DNA of 64,000 nucleotides, taken from Rebecca billardiae RCC1528. Lineage: Eukaryota > Protista > Haptophyta. Below the pieces are notes generated by a model, which was not told the origin of the DNA, searched no databases, and saw only the letters and a list, made by a program, of their open reading frames with translations. Where the stretch lies: NCBI GenBank assembly GCA_965240325.2, contig OZ251222.1:4030001-4094000 (forward strand), read 5' to 3'. Position numbers and translations under genes: made by a program. This document shows, piece by piece, positions 1 to 11,340 of this stretch. Within the stretch, counting starts at the first letter, position 1. Each line of letters begins with the position of its first letter.

Positions 1-380
1 GAGGCCCACGCGGCACTGGCTCGCGCGACGGATGGCACTCACCCGCCAATCGCTTGTCCATGTACCTGCGAGAGCCGGGCAGTGCGTTGGGGGCGCGGAG
101 GGGGGCGAGCGCAAATGAGATGTGTGCACGACGCGAGGAGACCAGCTGCGCACGCCACCTCGCGAGCGGCGTGCGCGTGACGTACTTCTTCAGATCGGGG
201 CCCTTTCCACTCATGGCGGCGGCGAGACACGATGCCGACCGCGCGGAGGGGCGGAGGGCGAAAAGCAACCCACGCGAAAAATCGTCCGGACTCGCGGAGA
301 AAATGAGAAAATCAATGCCGGCTGGCGGCTGGATCTCGCGTCGTCGTCCGCGGTCCTGATCTCGCGAGTGCGGGCGCCGC

Positions 381-2009
381 ATGCCCGACCGCGCGCGACG
401 CCGCATGCCCGTCGCCCGGCGCGCTCTCCTCGCGCTCCTCGCGCTCGCTGCCCTCGCGAGTGCGGGCGCGGGCGCGGCCCCCTCCATCGAGCTTCGCCGC
501 TCGCGCCCACCTGTCGAGCGATCCCCTGACGATGCCACGCTCGTCACGCTGCACGAGTCGCGCATCGCGCTGAAGAAGTCCAAGATGTCTAGGCAGGCGT
601 TCGCGGCGACGCGCGGCGAGTACCGGCTCGCGTGCGCGGCGACTGGCCTGGCGGCGGCGCTCATCGCGTGGCTTGTGGACGTCCTGCTCACGACGGACTC
701 GCCGCTCGAGATGCCGCACACGGGCCTGAGCAAGATCACGGGAATCTCGCGCCCGACCGTGCAGCTCGGCCTGGTGGCGGCCGTAACCATCGCCGAGCTG
801 GTCGTCCTGTACCGGCTCACGCTGGCGTATGCCGTGCGCATGTCTACGGCGCTCGGCCTGGAGGACCGACCCGAGGTGCGGGCGGCGATCCGCTCCCTCG
901 TCCAGTCGACGGCGCTTGGTGCGCCGCCGCTGGCCACTTCGCCCGAGGCTGCGGTCAAGTCGCGGGAGCTCGCCACGCGGCTCGGCCTGCGGATGGTGGT
1001 GTCGTCGAAGCGCTCGACATCCGCCCTGCGCACGCTGTTGCAGACGATCGTCTCGCTCTTCACGCAGGTGCAGGCCGTGCTCACCCGCGCCTCCCGCCAG
1101 GTCTTCCGCGGCTGGTCCGGGCCGGGCAACCCGATGGGCTCGAAGGTGTTCATGCGGCTGCTCACGCGCTTCCTCGGGCGCGAGCTCACGCGCGTGGCCG
1201 TGCCGCTGGTGGCGATCCCGTTCTGGATGCTGTGGAACGTGGGCAAGGCGAAGGCGGTCATGACCGAGTGCGCCGCGCTCACCACCGGCCCCGCCCTCGG
1301 CGTCGAGGTCCTGGGCGAGCTGCTGCCGCACCGCAGGCGCATGCCGCTCGCGCACCGCGTCGCTGTTGTGCGCGCGGTCGCGGCGAGCATCCATCACAAC
1401 GTGAGGCGCGTCGAGCTGCCCTTCCCCGGCTTCGGCTACTCCGCCGCGGCGGGCAGCGTCCACCCCAACTCGGCCATCCTGCTCGAGGCCGTGGAGAGCG
1501 CCATGGGCGTGCGCCAGCCCACGCTGCTGCCGGACGAGGCGCTCGACTCAGTGCCCGCCTTCCAGTACAGGGTGCGTGGCCGCGCCGCGCGCCGCGGGCG
1601 GAGCTGAGCGCTGCGCATCGCGCGCATCTGGGGGCCTGGGCCGCCCGCGCGCTCACTCGCCCGCCGCCATCCCCGTGTGGCCGCCCACCAGGTGCTGCCC
1701 AACCTCGACCTGCCCGGCCGGGTGCTCACGATGCGCGTGCTCGCGCTCGCGCTCTGCCTGGACGGCCATGTCAACCTGCCGGACCGCTTCTTCTTTGTGC
1801 GCTGCGCGAGCTCCGCGGGGCTGAAGGTCGACCGGGCAACGATGCGCCAGTTCCACGCGCTCGAGCAGCTCTTCAGTGCGAGCATCCTCGACGCGAGTGC
1901 CATCAACCAGCTTTTCGAGGCCGACTTGCTCGCTTACGCCGGGGGAGCGCGCGGACGCACGCTTACGCCGTCGTGGTGGCGAGACCTGCTGACCGCGCTC
2001 GTGGTCTAG
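381..2009 (+). CDS. Hypothetical membrane/secreted protein (2 exons)
   Basis: ORF 381..1607 joins ORF 1677..2009 in phase 0 via GT-AG intron 1572..1691 (AGG|GTGCGT...CACCAG|GTG). Hydrophobic N-terminus (RRALLALLALAALASAG; Met at 405 is an alternative start), several hydrophobic segments and coding-like GC3. Family not recognised. Confidence 0.65.
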
Positions 2010-2443
2010 GATTATTAGTAGGAACTAGGAAGCATGATGCGCGTTACGAGGACTCCTCAGCTTAGTACAGGGTGCTCACCGTGTCGCGCAGCAAGATCTA
2101 TGGTCCAAGGCGAGTGGGCGCTGGCACTGGACGTGGCACCACCACCAGTTTCACTGACGGGTCAGCTGCGCCGAAATGAGATGATGACGACGCGACGCTG
2201 ACGCATACATTCGTCAAGATTAATCCTCGGTCTCTCTCGACAGTGAACAAGAATCACAGCAAAAGAGCCTTCCCTTCACTCTGAACTCTTTGAACTCCAA
2301 GCCACAGCGTCGTCGTCCGCCATCGTGTAAGATTTGGCCTTTTCGTCGCAAGCAGGCAAGCTCAGTAGCTCACACGCTCCGGTAGTCAGTGACTCAGTGT
2401 GGGCATCGCGGCGCCATCGCCCGGCCGCGATCGGGCGGCGCGA

Positions 2444-3924
2444 ATGGCCATCGACGATGGCGAGCCACGAAATATCGTCGTCAAGCGCGTCGTATTCATA
2501 TCGTGCTGGTGCGTGCACGACCCGTGCGATGGCTCCGGGCCCGCCCGCTCGGCCGCCGTCTTGCCACCCGCGTGGCATGCGCGTCAGGCGGTGTGTGTGG
2601 GATGGCTGCTGCCGCGCGCGCGCTGACCGGGCGATAAATGCTGCCGGTCTGGCGCGCAGGTACATCACGAGCGGCGTCACCTTGTTCGGCAACAAGCACA
2701 TCCTCAACACACTGCGCACCACTCCGAGCACACTCGCCACCTTTCAGATGATCTCAACTGCTGTGCTCGGGTGTGCAAAGATGTACCTGCCACGGTTGCT
2801 CGCCAGGCTCGTAAACGGGAAGCAGCCCGCTTTGGAGCGGAACGGCAGTGGCAGTGGCCTCCCGCTGCCGGGCCCTGGCGGGAGCAGCGGCGATGGGCTC
2901 TGTGCGCCCACCGTCGTGTCCAAAACATTCGTGCGCGACATGATGATTGTGGGCATACTGCGCTTTGTGACCGTCGTTGCCGGTTTGCTGTCCCTCAAGT
3001 TTGTGGCTGTGTCCTTCACCGAGACGATCAAGTCGTCGGCGCCGTTCTTCACGGTGATCTTCTCGCGCGCGATGCTGCGCGAGACGACGAGCATGGCCGT
3101 GAACCTCTCGCTCGTGCCAGTCGTCGGCGGGCTCGCGCTGTGCAGTGCGAGCGAGCTCTCGTTCAACATGATCGGCTTCTCAGCGGCGGTCTTCAACAAC
3201 TGCATCGACTGCGTGCAGAACGTCTTCTCGAAGAAGCTGCTCACGACGCAGTACTCGTACGTGCAGCTGCAGTTCTACACGTCGGCCGCCGCGCTGATCG
3301 TGCAGCTGCCCTTCGTCATGCTCACCTCGAACGGGCTCTCGCTCGGCGCGCCGCCGGGCGACGGCAGCGACGAGCCGGACGGGGCGGCGGGAGGCGGTGT
3401 GTTCGGCACGCTGCTCTTCCACCTCGTGCTCAACGGCGTCTCGTTTCACCTGCAGAGCGTGATGGCGTACGCGGTGATGAGCGTGGTATCGCCCGTGACC
3501 CAGTCCGTGCTCAACACGCTCAAGCGCGCGCTGCTCATCTGGCTGAGCATCCTGTGGTTTGGCAACCCGGTCACTGCGTCCTCGGCGCTCGGGACGGTGA
3601 TCTGCGTCTTTGGCGTGTTTGCGTACAACTACGCTAGGCAGGTGCGCACCGTGCGAGTGGCACGCGCCGCTGCGGAGCACCCTCCGCGCGCGTGTCGATC
3701 GCGCCGCGGCCCTGGGTGTGCAGCCGTGCACGCTGGCTTGTGCTCACCACGCGCCACAACGCTTTGTGCTGCGCCCACCCGTCCGTCCCGACGCTCTGCT
3801 CCGTCCGCGGGAAACGCGCGCTTCGGACCTCGCGCAGAACTTCCCGCCGCCGCCTTTGAGAGAGCGCAGCGGCTCTAAGCACGCAGCAATCGTGGCAGAG
3901 AAGGACTCGAGAAGGAGCGCATGA
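2444..3924 (+). CDS. Triose-phosphate/nucleotide-sugar transporter family protein (SLC35E-like), 3 exons
   Basis: Exons 2444-2508, 2660-3641, 3838-3924. Splicing restores the typical N-terminal 'WY...NK' motif. Family motifs VAVSFTETIKSSAPFFTV, QNVFSKKLL, SPVTQSVLNTLKR and GNPVT; multiple TM segments. Confidence 0.9.
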
Positions 3925-4118
3925 CGTCGGCTGAGGGTCAAATGACAGTACTGCTCGTCAATGATCGTCGTCCGACGTTGTCAATGTCATGTTGACCGAG
4001 GTCAAGCCAGTAAATCAATACGCAGCTTGAGTCCGGTGATCGCGCGACCGACGCCGCGCAGCAAAATTGCTCCATCAGCGCCGTCCGCCGCCTCCTTGGT
4101 CGTACAAGTAGTCCGCGA

Positions 4119-5693
4119 ATGGCGGTTGAGATGAGCGACGACTTTCGTCGCAAGGCCCTCGCGAAGCGGGACGAGCTCCTTCGCGGTGCTCCGCCGTCGG
4201 TCGGCACGGGCTCGGCCTCAACGGCCATCCGTGTCGTAGCGCGTGTGCGCCCTGTGCTCGCCGACGAGCAGCCGCGCTTGGGGCAGCCCATCGATGGCGC
4301 GACTGCGACTTCACACGCGCAGTCCGAGTATGAGGCTGTCGTCGCGCATGGGACGCAGGTCTTTTGCCTGTCGGAGGAGCGCAAGATCGGCACGCCAACC
4401 GGGAACATTGCGGCGCAAGCACACCCGACGCACCGCGCGTTTGGACCTGATGCGACCAACGCGCAGATCTTTGACACCGAGGTCGTGAGGCTCGTGGAGT
4501 GCGCGCTCGCAGGCGGCGCCGCCACCATGATCGCATACGGGCAGACGGGCTCGGGCAAGACGTACACAATATCCGCCATGCATGAGCTCGTGGCCGAGCG
4601 CGTGCTCAGCGGCACGGCCGGGGCCAGCCTCAGCGTGAGCTTCTTCGAGAACATTGGCGCCAAGTGCTTCGATCTGCTCAACGAGCGAGATCCGCTCGAG
4701 GTGCGAGAGTCCGCTGCTGGCGAGGTGGTGGTGGTGGGCCTGCGCGAGACGAGCGTGCGCTCCGCGGACGAACTGCGTGATGTGCTGGCGCGCGGCAGCG
4801 CCCTGCGCAAGACGCGCGCCACCAAGGCGAACGACCAGTCCTCCAGGTCGCACGCCATCTGCACGCTCGCGCTGCCGTCGGGCGGGAGCGTGCGGCTCGT
4901 CGACCTGGCAGGCTCGGAGCGGCGCGAGGACGCGATGGAGCACGGCGAGGAGGCTCTGCTCGAGATGAAGGACATCAACTCGACGCTGGGCACGCTGAAG
5001 GAGTGCATCCGGGCCACCCTGCGCCGCGCCACGATCGAGCCGGGAGCGCACGTGCCGTTCCGCCGCTCCAAGCTCACCATGTTGCTGCGCTCTGCGTTCG
5101 AGGCGCGCGACAGCACGGCCGCGGCGCCCGCTGCGGACTCGGAGGGCACCGACGCCGCGCGGGCAGCAGACCCGGCTGCCTCGGCAAGCAGCCCCGCGCT
5201 CGCGGTGCTCTTCATCGCGCACGTCTCGCCGCTGCGCTCACACGCCAAGCACACGGTCAACACGCTCGACTACGCGGCGCAGATGATCCAGGCGACGATG
5301 GCGGAGCGGCAGCGTGCCGAGTTTGACGAGGTCGAGAAGTGGTCGTCCAAGAAGCTGGTGGCGTGGGTCGCGCAGCTGGACGGCGGCAAGTATGAGCGCA
5401 TCGCGCACGCCTTTGCGCGCTGCACGGGCAAGATGCTCGCCGTCGAGTACCGAGAGGACGTTGCGCAGTGGGTGCGTGCGGCTGGCGGCTCGGACGCGGA
5501 TGCCGACCACATCTACGACTCGTTCCGTGCGCTCCATCAGAAGGCCAAGGCGGAGGCGAGGCGGCGCAAGGCGGCGGCGGGAGGTGCGACGACGGGCGCC
5601 GCGCGCAGCGCTGCCGCAGCCCGGGGTGCCGCGACGCAAAAAGGCGCCGTCGCTGATCCTCAGCCAGCCGCGGCCGTACCTGCCCAGCCGTGA
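4119..5693 (+). CDS. Kinesin motor protein (kinesin-13-like) with C-terminal SAM-like domain
   Basis: Motifs IRVVARVRP, P-loop GQTGSGKT, switch I SSRSHAI, switch II DLAGSER and HVPFRRSKLT. The C-terminal 'VEKWSSKKLVAWV' resembles the start of a SAM domain. Confidence 0.92.
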   Translation: MAVEMSDDFRRKALAKRDELLRGAPPSVGTGSASTAIRVVARVRPVLADEQPRLGQPIDGATATSHAQSEYEAVVAHGTQVFCLSEERKIGTPTGNIAAQAHPTHRAFGPDATNAQIFDTEVVRLVECALAGGAATMIAYGQTGSGKTYTISAMHELVAERVLSGTAGASLSVSFFENIGAKCFDLLNERDPLEVRESAAGEVVVVGLRETSVRSADELRDVLARGSALRKTRATKANDQSSRSHAICTLALPSGGSVRLVDLAGSERREDAMEHGEEALLEMKDINSTLGTLKECIRATLRRATIEPGAHVPFRRSKLTMLLRSAFEARDSTAAAPAADSEGTDAARAADPAASASSPALAVLFIAHVSPLRSHAKHTVNTLDYAAQMIQATMAERQRAEFDEVEKWSSKKLVAWVAQLDGGKYERIAHAFARCTGKMLAVEYREDVAQWVRAAGGSDADADHIYDSFRALHQKAKAEARRRKAAAGGATTGAARSAAAARGAATQKGAVADPQPAAAVPAQP

Positions 5694-5872
5694 CGCGAGC
5701 CGCCCAGCCCGCCCTGCTGCGCAACACTGCTCACTCAATAACAGCCAAGAGCAGCGCCGCCGATATTTTACCGGCGGACGAGCTTCACAATCACGGGCGC
5801 GGTTTGCACCGCGCGCCGCCTGCGCCCTCGTCGTCAAGGCTGCCATTGATGCTAGGCTCGTAACCTGACCTG

Positions 5873-7282
5873 TCAGTCAGATGACGCAGCCATGGCCCGA
5901 TCACCTGCCCATCGCACGAAACGCTCGATGCAGTACAGGCAGAGCTGCTGGCCAACGTTCTCGCCACAGTTGAAGCCGTGCGAGGCGCCGCTCACCCAGA
6001 AGAGCCAGTTGGGCACGCCAAACGCCGAGAGGCGCTCGTGTAGGCGGCGCGACGCCTCGGGCGGCACGAGCACATCAGCCGTGCCGTGGAAGGTGAGGAT
6101 GGGCGGGCTCTGCGAGCTCAGCCATGCGATGGGGTTGAACGAGTGCTCGCGCTTGGACACGTTGGCACTCGCGTGCTCGCGCACCAGCGCACGCCAGTCG
6201 GTCGCGTCGCCAGGCGGGCCGAGAAGCTTACGGATGAGCCACGGCGAGAGCTTTCGCACGACCCGCCAGCGCTCGTACTCGGGCTCCGTGTAGAACTCCA
6301 TCTCCGTGACACCGTAAAAGTTCACCACCCCAGCGGCGCGCAACGGCAGCCCGCGACTCGGCGGACGGGAGAAGTCACGGCGCAGCGGCAGCGCAGCAGC
6401 GGCGAGCACGGCGAGGTACGAGCCCGCGCTCTCGCCGACGAAAACGAGCTGGCGCCGGTCTATCCCCAGCTCGGACGCCTCTGCGCCGCCGAGCCAGCCG
6501 CACAAGGCGCGCAGGTCCTCCCAGTACCGTGCGGCCGTTGCGCCGCCGATGATCAGCTGGTAGTCCACAGAGACCACGTTCACGCCGCGGTGCACGAAGT
6601 AGCCGAACGGCAGAAGCGCCTGCGTGCGGTCACCGTACACGAATGCGCCACCGTGGAAGAACACGAGCGTCGGCGGCGGCACTGCCGCCTGGCCGTGGGG
6701 CTTGCCGGGCCGCCGCTTTGCAGCGTAAACGTCGAGCTGTAGCGGCTCCGGTCGGCCGGGCGCGGCCGGTGCGTACTCCCGGGTCTCCGGGTTCAGCGCG
6801 CGCTTCTGCTTCGCCATCTCGACATCCCATTTACCCGAGGTCAGGAACCGCACCAGGTCGAACGCGAGGGGGCGGTCGAAGGAGGTGGTGTTCGACATTG
6901 CGCCACATTCCAGCGCGGCCTGCCGCACAGCTGGCAACGCCAGCACCACAGGGCCGATGGACAGGGCGAAGGTCACCACGTTGAGGAGGATAGAGATGCG
7001 CGTGACAATTCCTCTGGACCGCCAGCACGCGCACTGGAACAGGAGCGCGAGGCCGCTCGCCCAGATGCACGCGGGGCCGACGATCGCAGACATCAAGCCC
7101 GAACCAGGGTGGCCGAATGTCGATCCCGCGCCCAGGAGCAGAGCTGCGTGCAGCAAGGACGCGACCAAGCAAAGCCGCGTACAGCACGGGGATCGTGAGT
7201 ACTGTCGGCGTCTGGTCGACCGCGTCTTCTGGCCGTCCACCAGAGACAGCGTCTCGTGCTCGTCAGCGCTCGTCTCCGACAT
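5873..7282 (-). CDS. Membrane-anchored alpha/beta hydrolase (HSL-type esterase/lipase)
   Basis: Oxyanion motif FFHGGAF, nucleophile motif GESAGS, HGTADVLVP (Asp) and GASHGF (His). About 3 N-terminal TM segments. Likely start MSETSAD at 7282. Confidence 0.88.
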   Translation of the reverse strand: MSETSADEHETLSLVDGQKTRSTRRRQYSRSPCCTRLCLVASLLHAALLLGAGSTFGHPGSGLMSAIVGPACIWASGLALLFQCACWRSRGIVTRISILLNVVTFALSIGPVVLALPAVRQAALECGAMSNTTSFDRPLAFDLVRFLTSGKWDVEMAKQKRALNPETREYAPAAPGRPEPLQLDVYAAKRRPGKPHGQAAVPPPTLVFFHGGAFVYGDRTQALLPFGYFVHRGVNVVSVDYQLIIGGATAARYWEDLRALCGWLGGAEASELGIDRRQLVFVGESAGSYLAVLAAAALPLRRDFSRPPSRGLPLRAAGVVNFYGVTEMEFYTEPEYERWRVVRKLSPWLIRKLLGPPGDATDWRALVREHASANVSKREHSFNPIAWLSSQSPPILTFHGTADVLVPPEASRRLHERLSAFGVPNWLFWVSGASHGFNCGENVGQQLCLYCIERFVRWAGDRAMAASSD

Positions 7283-7633
7283 CGTGTCGTAGTGCGTCGG
7301 CATCGGCGGCGTTCCCGGGCGCGGCCGCGCCCGCGCCTTTTCGTCGGCTGCTACTATGGTTCCATTTTTTTCCGCGCGAGGCGACTTTCTGACGATATGA
7401 TGATTTTTCGTTCCGGTCAACATCGATATGCTATGCATGCTCATAGTCATTCTATGATTTAACCACCGGGTAGGACGGGGCAGGTCTCCTGATTCGTCGT
7501 CGGCAGTGCCCGATCGTCGACACGGGCACGCTGATGATTTCCGACCATGCTGAGTTTTGATGAGGATTGAGGGCGCCGAGCCCGATGATTGTGCGGATTG
7601 TGAAGGCAGCAATCGGCGCGCAGCGGCAGAGCC

Positions 7634-9144
7634 TCAGCGCGCTGGCCGCGGATCATTTGCGCGTAACGCGGCGACAAGGGCGTCCGCCTCGCCAGGCATG
7701 CCGCTCTGCACGTGCCTCGAAGAGTTCTTCAGGTATTCACGCCGCCTGATGATGCACCACGCGGCGCTCGAGCAGGCGATCACGAGTGGGACGAAGCCTG
7801 CCATGACGTACGCGATCAGCGGTGACTCTTTGTGCGGCGGTTTGCCCGTGGCCTCGGGCACGGTGCCCTCGGGGCAGCCGAGCGCTGTGGGGAAGCGCTT
7901 TGTGAGCCAGTGGTCGGCTTGCAACTTCTGGCAGCCGAGCGAGCTGCATGGAGCGCAACCGGGCGGGTGCGGCGCGGGATCGGTAGGCGCGGCACGGTGA
8001 TGCGCCATCCATCAGCGCTGGACACGGCACGCGCAGTCGGGCAGTCGGCTGCGGCGAGCGCGCAACGGGGGCGTAGCCGACGCACAGAATAGACAAGTCC
8101 TTCAGCGCGAGGTGATGCATCTGGGTGGGAACCTTGCCGGACAGCCTGTTCTTATATATGCGGCTGCAGGTTTGTGCAGACAGGACGGCGGTGTGATGCG
8201 CACGCGCGCGCAGTGGCTGTGAGCCCCACCACTGGCGCGCGGATGGGCGCGGGATCGCATCCTCTGACGCAGCAAGCAGCAGTGCGCAGCGGCGAAGGGG
8301 CGCGCCGTGCGAAACGCGCACAGGTATTTGAGGTCCTCCATGCGCCCCATGGTTGTCGGCAATGTGCCCTCGAAGGCGTTCGACTCCTCGATGTTGCTGC
8401 AGCGCGCGCCCGGCGGTCGGGGTGGGAGGGCCGGGACGAGGGGGCGTGAGGCGAGGCGCGGGAAAGGGCAAGTGGGCCTCGGCACCCGTGTGCCCGCCAC
8501 GGGTGGAGGAGATCCGCTGAGCGTACAGTTTCTCCATTTCGGTCAGCTGCCCGATCTCCGTGGGGATCGTGCCCATCATCTTTGCGCCCAGCGTCCTGCA
8601 GCAGGGCATTGCGCAAGCGCGCGCGACGCACGAGATCGGCCCTGACATGAGCAGGTGACACCGGGCGAGAGTCGCAGCTGTGCGCCGGGTCCGACGTACA
8701 TCACGTCCAATCGAGTGAGCTCGCCAATCTCTGTTGGTAGCGTGCCCACCAGCGCGCTCCATTCACCAAAGTGGCTGCGCAGCGGGTCGCGTGGGCGCAC
8801 GGTGGCACGCATGAGCTCTCGCTTGTTGTGATGCGCACGCCGCAGCGCAGTCGTACATGTGGGTGATCTGCGTCGCACGCCCAAGCTCTGTTGGCAGCGT
8901 GCCAGGGGCAAAGTGTTCTGTATCCATGATCTTCCTGCCAGCACACGAGTGCAGGGCGCGTGGGTGAGGATGTCGCAAAGTGGCGAGCCTGGGCAAGCGG
9001 ACACGACGCGCACAGTTTGTAAACGGTCGAGTTGGGGGTGATGGCCGCGGCGAAGATGGGTGAGTCCTTCAAAGCCACGTCTTCGGTCGCGCCTGCTAGC
9101 CGGCTGAGGCCGGCCAACAACCACAAGCCCATCCACGAGTCCAT
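7634..9144 (-). CDS. Type I membrane leucine-rich-repeat receptor-like protein (7 exons)
   Basis: Exons 9144-9014, 8934-8857, 8774-8700, 8595-8527, 8396-8322, 8163-8086, 7943-7634; all introns GT-AG phase 2. Signal peptide MDSWMGLWLLAGLSRLAGA. Plant-type LRRs GTLPTELG, GTLPTEIG, GTIPTEIG, GTLPTTMG and GKVPTQM. TM LIAYVMAGFVPLVIACSSAAWCII followed by RRR; short cytoplasmic tail. Confidence 0.85.
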
Positions 9145-9237
9145 GTCCGCCGCGACTTCCCGCCCTCGGCGCACCGGAGCTCGGCCGCCTCGCTTCTGAA
9201 AATCCGCGGGCGGGGTTTTTAATGTTTTTCCTTCAGG

Positions 9238-10723
9238 CAGACTGGGACAAAACGGGAGAGGCCCCCCGTTCTGAACGTTCTCCAAAGCGTTTGGGGCCTC
9301 GCCGTTCCGAACGGTTTGCTGAACGGCTGTGAGTCCGGATCGCACATGAGTGGTCAGTTGTCATCCGGACTGCTAGCTAGTCGCGCGACTGGCAGTCGCG
9401 GCGGGCTGTGCGCCGGCTGGCGCGCCTGTAGACGACGCGAGCGCTGTGTGTGACTGTGACGGCCCCCGAGTGGCGAGGACGGAGGAGGCCGAGTGCCCTG
9501 AGGCCGACTTCATCACTCTTCATGGCATGGCTATGCTAGTGTCACGGCCTTGACTACGAGGCGATGCCGTGACTCGTGAGCGCAGCATGCTTGTCAGCCA
9601 GGCGGCCGCGCGCTGTGTAACCAGGGCCGGCTGCTCTGCGATGCCGCCGCCGTTGAGCGGTTGAGCAATATATTGCAAATATTGATGAAATAATCGGCAT
9701 CCGGTGCCGCATGTGCGGACCGCGCCCGAATCAGACTATCAGCCGGGAGCTAACTGTGAGTAGTAGTACTGTGACAGGCCGGGCCGCCGCCCGACCCGCC
9801 CGGGACCACGTCCACTGACCGCGCGGACCGTGGTCCGCTGCGACTTGCAGAGTGGCACGCCTGCACACGGTGTCGCTGCCGCGCGGAACCGTCAGTCTCA
9901 GTCTGACTACAGGCAATCGTTATCGCGGGCAATAAGAAGTCAGAGATCTCACGGCTAGTCTCGGTTTCTTAGCCCGCTTATATAGCCGTTCGGTAGCCCG
10001 AGCGCCTACGGATTCTCCGTTTCTTAGCTAGGTCCGCCCGCCGCGCAGGCGCGGGGGGGCGCATGGGGGCAGAGACCCCCGCTGAGTCTTCAGGCCTGGC
10101 CGGCGAGGCCGAAGGAAGTTTTGGGCCATTTTGGAGCAATAAATCTGGCATGATGTTGCATGGATGCTGCGGTGCACTGGCCAGGAGTCAGTCATCAGGA
10201 GAAGTCGGGACTTGGCCTCAGGCCTGTACTCGTAGTCGGGCCGCGCGCCGCGTCCCACGGGCCAACTGCGCCTCGGCGGACCACTCGTTCGTCAGCCGCG
10301 ACGACTGTAGTCCCCGGTATTTTAGTGTCGTGACTATGCGTATAGCGAACCAGCCAATCGCTAGTCTCAGTTTCTAGGCCAGATCCGCAGATAGCAAGCC
10401 CCAGTTTCTTAACGTGACAGCTCCTTCTTGCCCGCGATTGCCTGTAGTGTAATTGCGTAGTACAACTGTACACTATCGTTCGTACGAGTGACTAGAAGTA
10501 CATTCGGCACGCCCCGACCGCTGCAGGCCAGGGCCGCGCAGGCGTCGTCCGCTCCGGCCGCCGCCGCTGGCGGCGCCGGCCAGCCCGAGCCCGGGCTGCG
10601 CCGGCCGGCGGCCTGCGGCCGCCCGCCGGCAGTGGCGGCCGATGGAGGCCTGCCGTTCTGAACGTTCTCAAACGCGTTTGGGGCCTCGCCGTTCCGAACG
10701 GTTTGCCAAACGCTCCCAGTCTG
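9238..10723. mobile_element. Non-autonomous hAT-type DNA transposon (1,486 bp)
   Basis: Perfect 10-bp TIRs CAGACTGGGA...TCCCAGTCTG. 8-bp TSD CCTTCAGG at 9230-9237 and 10724-10731. A 54-bp subterminal block is repeated in direct orientation (9266-9319, 10653-10706). No transposase ORF. Confidence 0.85.
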
Positions 10724-10748
10724 CCTTCAGGCGGGCTTTGAATAATAA

Positions 10749-10857
10749 CGACGTGGTATGCAACGGGCAGGCGTCAGAGTCAGCAAGCTGTAGCAGCAGA
10801 TCGAGCAGCAGAGACAAGCACCAGGATCAGCGCTCCTCGCCGCCCCCCCCCCCCCCC
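10749..10857 (-). mobile_element. Short SINE-like retroposon, copy 1 (5' oligo-G, 3' TTA-rich end on minus strand)
   Basis: Flanked by a 16-17 bp direct repeat (C)GGGCTTTGAATAATAA at 10732-10748 and 10857-10873. C15 run at 10843-10857. A second copy lies at 37963-38090. Confidence 0.75.
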
Positions 10858-10873
10858 GGGCTTTGAATAATAA

Positions 10874-11340
10874 GTCGTATTATAATAATAATAAGCTTGA
10901 TCCCCTTGCCTGCGGCGCAGCGCAAGCTAAAGAAGCTTGCCCTGTTGAGTGTTGTCGCCTCCGCTCGCCCCCAATCGGCGCACGCGCGCCTCGGCTTTCC
11001 AAGTCGCCGATCGACCCGATCGTACGCCCCAGTGGTGAGGCGACGAGAAGGGAAGCTACCAGGCCGAGCGTCTGCATGCGGCCAGCCAGCAAGTGTGGGG
11101 ATAACACGCCGCCGCGTTTCACGCCCTCGAACCGCCCCCTGCGACCGCAAAATACTCACACAGGCCGCCGAGGCTTGCCGCCCTGGCCTCCCGCGGGCGA
11201 AGCCCGCCCGCAGCCACTCTTCCGCCGCCAGACCCTCCGCGGAGGCGGAGGGTGCCGTGTAACGGCTTGGCTGCAGACTGGTATTCCGCCAATCCGCCTC
11301 GCCTTCTCCCTTAATTGGCCTCGCTGACAAGGACTTCACC
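10874..11340 (-). mobile_element. Possible 3' fragment of a non-LTR element ending in a (TTA)n tail
   Basis: (AAT)n run at ~10880-10894 abuts a non-genic tract of different composition. No recognisable RT motifs; the far boundary is uncertain. Confidence 0.25.

Noticed and set aside
7283-7612. Upstream extension of the hydrolase ORF
   Set aside because: Composition looks intergenic; the ATG at 7282 is a more plausible start.
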